Virus record (IMG/VR): IMGVR_UViG_3300007983_000342
Location: 1-51,831 of that record
Strand: one strand, 5' to 3'
DNA from: a virus
Lineage: Duplodnaviria; Caudoviricetes
Length of the DNA: 51,831 nt
In this document: piece by piece, positions 44,036 through 51,831 of the stretch
How the letters are laid out: each line of letters opens with the position of its first letter
Position numbering within the stretch: the stretch's first letter is position 1
The notes under the pieces: generated by a model
The model's input: the letters and a program-made list of their open reading frames with translations, nothing else
What the model was told of the DNA's origin: nothing
Database searches by the model: none
Translations under genes and position numbers: made by a program

Positions 44036-44803
44036 ATGCCTGGAAAAGAAGATAATAAAGATATTGAGATCTATGAGGATGAGATAAGGGAGAAACCATC
44101 TTTGGGAGAAGATGGTTATCCCTTATTAGACGGAGAAGATAATCATTTATTGGTAGATAAAGAGGATATATTAGAAGGGATAGACCTAGGTAAAGACATA
44201 GAAGATATAGGTAGTAGTGGTACAAAGGATGAAAGGTTCAAAGAAAAACAAGGCAATCACACAGAGGCTTATGATACCCTAGAGAGTAGCCTTGTTTCGG
44301 TTAATAACCCAGAAGATGTACTGCAGGTCAGTATTAAACCTGGGTCTCCTTTACAACGAAATATAGAGGACCCTACTGAAAACGACGACCTCTACATATC
44401 TCTTAAAGAAAATGCCTCTACCTCTACTATATTAAATAATATTATGGTAGAGATTGCTGAAGAGGCAGCGTATTTAAAGACCTGGCGTAAAGAGAATTAC
44501 AACCTTAAAGATGATTTGTCTGAGATATCTAATAAACGTATTCTCATACTTAAGAAATTAGTAGAGACCGTAGAGAAAAGGGAGAAGATCAGCAATAGTA
44601 AGGCTACAGGAAGAGTAGACTTTCACAGTGATAATTTTCAGAAGGTATTTGAGCACTTTCTACAAACTGTAAAAAGCACCTTTGAAAAGGTAAATATACC
44701 TACTCAGTACGAAGAGATTTTCTTTTCTCAGTTAGCTAAAGACCTAGATGGTTTTGAAGATATTGCTGAGAAGATATATCATGGGAAAAAGGTTAAGAAA
44801 TAA
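44036..44803 (+). CDS. Putative terminase small subunit
   Basis: Positional call: TAATG-coupled directly upstream of terL; acidic N-terminus, helical C-terminus; ATG 44036 has a GGAGG RBS. Confidence 0.4.
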   Translation: MPGKEDNKDIEIYEDEIREKPSLGEDGYPLLDGEDNHLLVDKEDILEGIDLGKDIEDIGSSGTKDERFKEKQGNHTEAYDTLESSLVSVNNPEDVLQVSIKPGSPLQRNIEDPTENDDLYISLKENASTSTILNNIMVEIAEEAAYLKTWRKENYNLKDDLSEISNKRILILKKLVETVEKREKISNSKATGRVDFHSDNFQKVFEHFLQTVKSTFEKVNIPTQYEEIFFSQLAKDLDGFEDIAEKIYHGKKVKK

Positions 44804-47800
44804 TGTCTATAGCTGAGATGTGTACTACATTTATTAAGAAAGACACCGACTCAGGTAAACTTCTTGATAAAAACATAATGGAGTTTGTTACTGCTCCTTG
44901 GGGGTTGGGTTTAGGCGCAACTCCTGATGTTCCTCCATTATACCCGTCTCAAAGATTTATTCTTAAATGCTATTATGGTCTGGAATTAGATAACTCAAGT
45001 AATAGAGATATAATAATAAAAGACCAGTTTAATGAGGTAGAACTATACCGGTTTAATGAAGTTGAGTATTCTAAATATTTATACGACGAACATCGTATAA
45101 ACGTTCATGATTACGGAGACAGACCTAACTTAGTTTTGGTCTGCGGAAGAAGATCTGGTAAATGCATAACAGGAGATTCCCTAACTTTAACTGATAAAGG
45201 TATCTATCGTATAGAGGACCTAGGTGAAGCTCCTGATGAGGGTTTTTCTCCGCTGAATGTAGGTGTAGCTCAAGAGAGCGGTAGAAGCTCCAGGTCTGCA
45301 TATTTTTATAATGGCGGCGTAAAGGACGTATTTAAGATTAAGACAAAAGATGGGTACAGTATTAACGGTACCGCTAATCATAGAGTAAAGGTTATGTCTA
45401 AAGAGGGCCTAATTGTTTGGCGCTATCTAGACGATATAAAACCAGGAGACTATATAGCCATCAATAGAAGCACTGACCTGTGGGCGTCAGAAAAAATAAA
45501 ACTTGATAAGTTTTTTAATAACGAAGGGAAAAAAGAAGTAACTTTTCCTGAGGAGCTAGATGAACTCACAGCTAGATTATTGGGTTATCTCGTGGGAGAC
45601 GGAAGTTGGGGGGCTAAAAATGCGCTGTCATTAACTGTAGAGCATAACGAAACGTGGGACTCTTTAAAAGACCTATATACAAATATATTTAATGATTATA
45701 GAGTTATAGCAGACAAACGAACTTCTAATACAGGTAGATTAAGTTTCTTTAGCACTGGTACGAGAAAATTTTTTCACGATTTAGGCTTTTCTTGGGATTG
45801 TAATAGATATAATAAATCTATACCTTGGTCTATACTTAGGTCGCCTAAATCTGTGGTTTGTTCTTTTCTTAGAGGTTTATTTGAGACAGATGGGTGCCCC
45901 GAAAATAACGGGTCTTATATTACTTTTTCTACGGCAAGCTTAAGGCTAGCCCATGAGCTTCAAGTAGTTTTGTTGAATCTAGGTATAATATCTAGTATTA
46001 GCGAGAAGTACAATAAAAAAACAAAGAGGCATTACGCCCATTTAGGTATAAAAGGGGTAAGGTCTAGAAGAATATTTGCTGATCTAATAGGCTTCGACTC
46101 AGATAAGAAGATGCTTCCTGTTTTAGAGTCTCTTAAAAAAGCTAAAGAAGGTAAATCTAACACGGAAAGTATTCCTCACCAAAAAAATAAGATACGAGAA
46201 CTTTTGGATTCTATTCCTATAAGAAAAAGAGGCGAAGGTCCTGGGCGAAGAAAACTAAGAGAACTCTTAGGCAATATAACAAAGAATACGAGAGAGGATC
46301 TAACATACAATAGACTATGCAAGTCTATAGATTTTGCAAAAGAAATTAATGCAGGTAAGGAAGAACTTGAGCATTTTAGAAACATAATAAGCACGGATTA
46401 TTATTACTCTGAGGTTGTTTCTGTAAAAGAAAGTGAAGACCGTGTATATGACTTAAACGTTCCAGATGGAAACTCTTTTGTTGCTAACGGTATGACTAAC
46501 CATAATACGACCGTAACTGCATGCATAATAGCGTACGAAACCTATAAACTTTTAAACAGATACTGCCCTCAGGAATACTTTGGTATTATGCCTGAAGATG
46601 ATATACGTATCACTTGTGTGTCTACGGGTAAAGAGACTGCTACAGAACTGTTTAACAGGGTAACAGGTCATATAGAAAGATGTGAGTTCTTTCGTAAGTT
46701 CAGGTGTAAGCCCACCAAACAGAGTATGCGCCTGAGGTCTCAAAGAGATATAGACAAGTACGGAACCGAAGGCAGAGCTACTATAACTATTAATGTTGCT
46801 CCGTGTAGTGCTAAAGGTCTTCGTGGTCATAACAATATAATAGTCGCTCTAGATGAGATGGCTTTCTTTTTCGCCGATGAGAAAAACTCCGGTGTAGGTG
46901 CTAGTGATAAAAATGATAGGGCTATTTACAACGCGGTTACTCCTTCTTTGGCTAAGTTCAAGACACCGGACGGTAACCCCGCAGGTAAGGTTATTTGTAT
47001 ATCCTCACCTTATGGAAAGACCGGTAAGTTTTATGAAGAGTATGAACGCTCTTTTAAAGAAGATAACGATGATATATTAATGATCCAGGCTCCTACCTGG
47101 GAGATTGACCCTCAACTAGCTTCAAAGTTTTTAAAGAACAAGTATAACGAAAATCCTAAGGTATATAGGTCTGAGTTCGGGGCTGAGTTTAGTGATGAGA
47201 TATGCGCTTGGATAGAAGACCCCGTTATTGTGCGGCAGAATATAGTGCCGGGGCTGTCCTATAAAATAAGATCCTTTGAGAGGGTCCCACATTTCATGGG
47301 AATTGACATAGGACTAAAAGGTGATGGAACTTCAGTAGTGGTAGGGCATTGGACTAAAGAAGTAGTTGATGGAGAAGAGGTGGATAAATTAGAAGTAGAT
47401 TGTTGTGAGACGAGGTATGCAGAAGAAGAAGGGAAAGATTTCTTTACGCCGGATGAGATGGCTGAATGGATATCTGAGTTTAAAGATAGATTTTTTATAA
47501 TTAAGGGTTTAATGGACCAATACTACGGTATGAGTATAGTCCCTTATCTAGAGAAAAAGGGACAGAAGATGTTTGAGTCTAGGCACTTTTCTGAGACTAG
47601 AAACTCAGAGATATATCAAAACTTATTAGCCAGTATGATTTCTTCCACTTTGAGGTTACCTGAATTAGAAACAGAAAGACTTATAGACGGTAAACCTTCA
47701 AAGGACACGGACCTTGTATTAGAGCTTTTAACACTTCAATCGGAGCAAAGAGGAAAGTATTTAATAAAAGTACACGCCCCTGACAGAGATAAGGCTCACG

Positions 47801-48042
47801 ATGATAATAGTGATGCCTTGTCTCGTATGGTTCAAGTGGCTATCGAGTACAAAGTAAAAGGTCTAGGAAATAAAATATCTGCTCCTGTAGGATCTAGTCA
47901 AGCGCATAGCTTTAAGAAAGCTAGGTCAAGAGATGCTATGAGAGCTAGCCTGAATAGACCTTCTAGCTCAAAAAGTTACGGGTCTCCTACAAGAACAAGA
48001 AGTTCTATGAACGGACCTTCATTCTCAAGGACTTTTAGATAA
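44803..48042 (+). CDS. terL: Terminase large subunit with intein
   Basis: Walker A GRRSGK|T, LRG, Walker B ALDEMAF, motif III ISSP, nuclease MGIDIG and HDDNSDAL. Confidence 0.93.
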   Translation: MSIAEMCTTFIKKDTDSGKLLDKNIMEFVTAPWGLGLGATPDVPPLYPSQRFILKCYYGLELDNSSNRDIIIKDQFNEVELYRFNEVEYSKYLYDEHRINVHDYGDRPNLVLVCGRRSGKCITGDSLTLTDKGIYRIEDLGEAPDEGFSPLNVGVAQESGRSSRSAYFYNGGVKDVFKIKTKDGYSINGTANHRVKVMSKEGLIVWRYLDDIKPGDYIAINRSTDLWASEKIKLDKFFNNEGKKEVTFPEELDELTARLLGYLVGDGSWGAKNALSLTVEHNETWDSLKDLYTNIFNDYRVIADKRTSNTGRLSFFSTGTRKFFHDLGFSWDCNRYNKSIPWSILRSPKSVVCSFLRGLFETDGCPENNGSYITFSTASLRLAHELQVVLLNLGIISSISEKYNKKTKRHYAHLGIKGVRSRRIFADLIGFDSDKKMLPVLESLKKAKEGKSNTESIPHQKNKIRELLDSIPIRKRGEGPGRRKLRELLGNITKNTREDLTYNRLCKSIDFAKEINAGKEELEHFRNIISTDYYYSEVVSVKESEDRVYDLNVPDGNSFVANGMTNHNTTVTACIIAYETYKLLNRYCPQEYFGIMPEDDIRITCVSTGKETATELFNRVTGHIERCEFFRKFRCKPTKQSMRLRSQRDIDKYGTEGRATITINVAPCSAKGLRGHNNIIVALDEMAFFFADEKNSGVGASDKNDRAIYNAVTPSLAKFKTPDGNPAGKVICISSPYGKTGKFYEEYERSFKEDNDDILMIQAPTWEIDPQLASKFLKNKYNENPKVYRSEFGAEFSDEICAWIEDPVIVRQNIVPGLSYKIRSFERVPHFMGIDIGLKGDGTSVVVGHWTKEVVDGEEVDKLEVDCCETRYAEEEGKDFFTPDEMAEWISEFKDRFFIIKGLMDQYYGMSIVPYLEKKGQKMFESRHFSETRNSEIYQNLLASMISSTLRLPELETERLIDGKPSKDTDLVLELLTLQSEQRGKYLIKVHAPDRDKAHDDNSDALSRMVQVAIEYKVKGLGNKISAPVGSSQAHSFKKARSRDAMRASLNRPSSSKSYGSPTRTRSSMNGPSFSRTFR
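45163..46506 (+). mobile_element. Intein (448 aa) with LAGLIDADG homing endonuclease in the TerL Walker A motif
   Basis: CITGDS start, TANH block B, LLGYLVGDG, FLRGLFETDG, VYDL...FVANGMTNHN|T canonical end. Confidence 0.95.
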
Positions 48043-48052
48043 GGTGTAAAAA

Positions 48053-51000
48053 ATGGGCGGAACTTCCGGTAATTATTCCAATATTATCATATACGACGAG
48101 GATAAAAGGTACTACTACTTAAATCCTCAAAAGAACAAGCCTTTATTAGACGATGAAATCCGTAATATGCATATCGCTGTTATGGACCAGTTGCGTAGGT
48201 CTATACAACACACTCAAGGAGATATTGCTGTACCCTTAGAGACGTTTAGCACTACTAACCCTACCGGAAACCATTTTAAGGTTGTTAGCGACGGTTCAAC
48301 ACCTAACGACTTTAAAGTTATAGGCGGTAATGGCATAGATAATCCAGCCGTTATGTTTTTAAAAGGTTATTATATTTTTCTTCCTGACGATATAACTTAC
48401 AACTTACAAACATATGGCACTTCAAATGTTGACCTAGCTACTAACTCAGATAAGAGTAAAACGCTTACTCTAATACCAGACTTAACTACACCTACAGAAG
48501 ATAGAAGAGACATTGTATTCATCGACCTTCATTTTGAAGAGGTTACTGCTACATCTGGCGCAGACGATGAGGTGTATTACGACAGCAGCCTACTTGATCC
48601 TCGCATTGGAACAGCTACAGCTAATAGATTAAGGGCTGTATTTGATATAAGAGTTTTGGAAGGGTGGGAAGGCCCTATAGGGAAAGATATATTCGAACAC
48701 ACCTCGTTTTTAGGAGGTATAGACTATACTGTACCTCCTACTCAGCAACATTTTAGAGTTCCTATTTCTGTTGTGTATAGAGAGTCAGGAACATCTATAA
48801 TCGATAATAGCAAGGTAATAGACCTTCTTACTATGTACGATAAAAGGCCTATGACTTTGGAAGAGGTTTCCTTTCGTAGTCTTCACGGCGGGTATGGTGA
48901 GTCTGCTGTGTTTGAGACTGAAGGTTCATTCACAGGATTCAACTCCCAATTCCCAGGAGCTAAGCTCGACGAAGGAGCTTACGCAACCGGGTTGAATCAA
49001 GGGTTTGCCTCTGAAGCTTTTAATACTGATTCTATCACTCCTCGTGCTGTCGATAATGACGGTAAATTCCAGATGGGTGCTATTCAAGTAGGCGTAGAGA
49101 CAGGGACTCAGACGTACCCTGTGACCGCAGAAACAGGTCCAGAAGAACTTAATCCGGGTGAAGTGATAGCCCATGAAGCTTCGTTTCAGCATGTAGCATT
49201 AGGCTACGATAGAGGTATAACTGGTAAAAGAGAGTATAACGATGCTGTAAGTATACACACCCAAGGTCTCACAGGCGTAAGTATTAATTTACTTAGAAGA
49301 GGTATTACAGGCGCTGCTGGCTTATCTATGCATAACTACAACGGTGAGACTGGAGTATATACACAGTTTGTAGACTCTGAGAATTACTTAGTTGTTGATT
49401 ATAAAGGTAGGATGGGGTTTAATACGGCGACCCCTGGATGGGACGCCCTCCCTACAATATGGAATGTTGAGAGATATGTTGACCCTGTGAATATTGTTCT
49501 TGATGTGAACGACTCGGTGCGCGTAAGAGAACATCTTTTTATAGACAGAGACACGTACACTCAAGGCGATGTCTACGGTAAAACTTGGTCTATTCCAAGT
49601 ACTGTTGATAAAGAAAATAAAGCATACTTTGGATATACTGGGACACCTTCTTACGGCTTAACAGGGTCGAGTGCTAACGTGGTGATTAGGCCGGGTATAG
49701 CTACTCAAGGTTTATCCGGAATAGAGGATTATAGAGGATTTACAGGTGTTTCCGGTTTCTATGAATCTTACGATAAAGATGGCGGTAGGGTTTTTACTAT
49801 AGGAGACCTAGGTCCTGAGTTTGATAGGGTTGTAAAAACTTTGTACGGCACAGGTCTAGTTCCTCTTCTCTACTCGGATAATAGCTTCAGATATTTAGAT
49901 ACCTTAGGCACGATGGTTAGCGGGGATGAGGTAACCGCGACAGTAGATTTTTTGAATGGCGGTGACGTAACTCTTTCTACTATTACAATATCTGGTTCTA
50001 ATTTTGACGACGCTATAGAGTATCTAAGAAGTGAGTTAGAGTCACAGTTACAGAGCATAGCAAGTTCTGCGGATATAACAGTACATATTTTATCTGATGA
50101 ATACGATGAAGCTTTACCTCTTGCGGATAGAATTAAAAACGACGGTAAAATAATAATAAGAGATAAGCTAAGTGAAATACAATCAATTAAGTCATTCAAC
50201 GTACAAAGAAGTACCTTGGTTCCTCCTAATAATAACGACGATATTATGTGGACGGAATCTAAATACTACGGTTCTGGTAGTTACGGAGGAGATTTATTAG
50301 ATTTTAAATTTGCAAAGCTAGATTTAGGAGAGGCTGCTGATGCGTGGTTATTTAATGGAGATGTGTTCTTTAATGGAGACGGTCTCTTAAATCGTGTTAC
50401 TTTCAGCCCTAATGTTATATTCAGAGATAATATTTTTGTTTACGGAGATCTCTTTGCTAATAACCTTAAGTTTGATAGGGCGATAGTAAACAACCTAACC
50501 GTTAATCAGAAGTTAGACGCTCTTCGGTATGTAGATATAGGTTCCGGGTATAATGAGAGCAATGAGCCTATCGGAGGTCTTACTTTAGGGGTGGGTACTT
50601 CCGGTAGTATCGAATTAATGCGAATGCAGAGAAATCAATATAGGAGTTTGTGGTTATATGTGGATGGGGATGCCAAGGCTGAAAACTTTATAGCAGATCT
50701 TTGTGGGACTGCGGGAAGCGTGTCCACTGTTATAGGTAATAGTTTCCCTCGTTCTAACGATATACTAAATGACGTTTACTTAAATATAGGAGGAAGCTAC
50801 ACAGACACCAACAATCCTTATGGATTACATCTAGTAGACTCTAGGTCTGGTATAGACGTAACCCAAGGTCAGGGTTTTAGGACTCTTCGCATAGATCACG
50901 CAGACGGTGACGGTAATTTGGGTCAGATCAGTGTAGACTTAAGAGGAGACTTAATAGTAAGTAATAATACAGCATCTAGGAGAATTACTGCAGGTACTAC

Positions 51001-51831
51001 TACCCCAAACGTTAACTACGATCTTTTTGTAAACAATAACGCTAGGATTGAAGGTACTCTAGAGGTAGAAAACCTTAGGTTTATAGGTACCGGTACTGCA
51101 GACGAGCTGACAAGTATATCTGAGCCTCAGAACGCTATCATCTACAAAGACGGTATTAAGACTGTAGATAACAAACCTAACGGTATTTTGAGGACTAAAG
51201 AATTTAGTATAGACCAAAAGGTAGTTCTTATAAATGAGTCTCTTGGTTATAACGATGACGCAGTAGTAGTAAGACAAAGTTTGGATGGTGTGATTAAAGA
51301 TACCAGAAGAGTTAATTATATACAAACTGGTAATAATGGTGTCGGTTATACAGGTGTTATCCCAACGTGGGTTAAAGATAGTATGACTTATGCAGCCCCT
51401 GAGTTAGAAGAACGAGGCGGTAACTTTTTAGATGCTGATACTATATCTGAAGAGTTAGGAGTTACTAGAAGGAATGACCCAGAGTATAGGTATAGTCTTG
51501 ATAAAATAACTTTGGCTACTCTAGGGACTATTAAGATGAGATATATTGGAAGAATAGATAAAAGCGCTGTTAGTACGAACAACATTACAGACTTTATACA
51601 GACTTACGAGTTCGAATCCCCCTACTTTAAAGATAGGGACCAAGGGAGCGTTATTAATTGGTTCGCAGACGATCAAACTACAATATCTAACAACTTTATA
51701 GCTACTGTAGACCTAAGTGTAATCGATGATCAAAAAGCATTTTGGAATAACAACGTGACCGCTCAAACAATAGGACCTCAGATTTACAACCTAAATAGAC
51801 CTATATGGGTGTACATTCCTTTAAGCAGTTG
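48053..51831 (+). CDS. Very large virion tail/baseplate-associated protein (over 1250 aa, runs off the window)
   Basis: Not in ORF track (no stop in window). Manual translation MGGTSGNYSNIIIYDEDKRYYYLNPQKNKPLLDDEIRN...NDFKVIGG...RRDIVFIDLHFEEV...LLDPRIG resembles DUF6519-type tail protein N-termini; Gly/Thr/Asp-rich beta character. Frame spot-checked, not read codon by codon to the end. Confidence 0.72.
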   Translation, partial: MGGTSGNYSNIIIYDEDKRYYYLNPQKNKPLLDDEIRNMHIAVMDQLRRSIQHTQGDIAVPLETFSTTNPTGNHFKVVSDGSTPNDFKVIGGNGIDNPAVMFLKGYYIFLPDDITYNLQTYGTSNVDLATNSDKSKTLTLIPDLTTPTEDRRDIVFIDLHFEEVTATSGADDEVYYDSSLLDPRIGTATANRLRAVFDIRVLEGWEGPIGKDIFEHTSFLGGIDYTVPPTQQHFRVPISVVYRESGTSIIDNSKVIDLLTMYDKRPMTLEEVSFRSLHGGYGESAVFETEGSFTGFNSQFPGAKLDEGAYATGLNQGFASEAFNTDSITPRAVDNDGKFQMGAIQVGVETGTQTYPVTAETGPEELNPGEVIAHEASFQHVALGYDRGITGKREYNDAVSIHTQGLTGVSINLLRRGITGAAGLSMHNYNGETGVYTQFVDSENYLVVDYKGRMGFNTATPGWDALPTIWNVERYVDPVNIVLDVNDSVRVREHLFIDRDTYTQGDVYGKTWSIPSTVDKENKAYFGYTGTPSYGLTGSSANVVIRPGIATQGLSGIEDYRGFTGVSGFYESYDKDGGRVFTIGDLGPEFDRVVKTLYGTGLVPLLYSDNSFRYLDTLGTMVSGDEVTATVDFLNGGDVTLSTITISGSNFDDAIEYLRSELESQLQSIASSADITVHILSDEYDEALPLADRIKNDGKIIIRDKLSEIQSIKSFNVQRSTLVPPNNNDDIMWTESKYYGSGSYGGDLLDFKFAKLDLGEAADAWLFNGDVFFNGDGLLNRVTFSPNVIFRDNIFVYGDLFANNLKFDRAIVNNLTVNQKLDALRYVDIGSGYNESNEPIGGLTLGVGTSGSIELMRMQRNQYRSLWLYVDGDAKAENFIADLCGTAGSVSTVIGNSFPRSNDILNDVYLNIGGSYTDTNNPYGLHLVDSRSGIDVTQGQGFRTLRIDHADGDGNLGQISVDLRGDLIVSNNTASRRITAGTTTPNVNYDLFVNNNARIEGTLEVENLRFIGTGTADELTSISEPQNAIIYKDGIKTVDNKPNGILRTKEFSIDQKVVLINESLGYNDDAVVVRQSLDGVIKDTRRVNYIQTGNNGVGYTGVIPTWVKDSMTYAAPELEERGGNFLDADTISEELGVTRRNDPEYRYSLDKITLATLGTIKMRYIGRIDKSAVSTNNITDFIQTYEFESPYFKDRDQGSVINWFADDQTTISNNFIATVDLSVIDDQKAFWNNNVTAQTIGPQIYNLNRPIWVYIPLSS

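Noticed and set aside
1764-51585. The many short ORFs in the track that lie antisense to or nested in long genes (e.g. 11792..12112, 25243..26080, 41401..41790, 48926..51585)
   Set aside because: They are shadows of well-supported genes on the opposite strand or frame, with S/L/F-rich composition and no motifs.
1-51831. Stop-codon recoding (TAG or TGA), as in some large phages
   Set aside because: Genes are full-length in code 11, and both TAG (e.g. 13571, 18844, 19159, 35248) and TGA (e.g. 10525, 33601) end genes at sensible positions.
1-51831. Bacterial chromosome origin, suggested by nadE, pncB, recA, dnaX, holA/B, dnaN, nusG and dnaJ
   Set aside because: These genes are highly divergent, lack bacterial synteny, and are interleaved with terminase, tail-like, endolysin and many orphan genes, which fits a jumbo phage.
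1-51831. tRNA or rRNA genes
   Set aside because: No cloverleaf or T-loop signature recognised by eye in the few intergenic gaps; tRNAscan-SE was not run.

Overview
This is a 51.8-kb segment of a large (probably jumbo) tailed dsDNA phage genome: AT-rich, densely coding, standard genetic code 11. From left to right: (1) a minus-strand NAD/nucleotide block (RlaP-type nucleotidyltransferase, PncB, glutamine-dependent NadE, HAD hydrolase); (2) a plus-strand dUTPase, amidase endolysin and class II ribonucleotide reductase whose intein ends in Ala-Arg instead of His-Asn; (3) a long minus-strand block with DnaJ, a putative late cluster (two paralogous beta-rich proteins, a CgeB-like glycosyltransferase, a very basic protein) and recombination genes (split SbcC, SbcD, beta clamp, Cas4-like nuclease, RecA, RuvC, SSB, HU, RecD2); (4) a divergent AT-rich switch region with a 32-bp direct repeat that brackets one ORF and a ~250-nt structured non-coding segment; (5) a plus-strand block with bacterial-type clamp-loader subunits, primase, NusG, 5'-3' exonuclease and a sigma region-4 protein; (6) the start of the morphogenesis region (probable head proteins, TerS candidate, intein-containing TerL and a large tail-like ORF running off the end). 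The most notable observations are a deamidated (Preiss-Handler-type) NAD rebuilding route, at least three enzyme-fold proteins with erased catalytic motifs (dCMP deaminase, Tpt1/KptA, nicotinamidase), the atypical intein, the repeat-flanked structured RNA candidate, and two recurring intergenic promoter-like motifs. All family calls come from motif recognition by eye; no database searches or folding programs were run.
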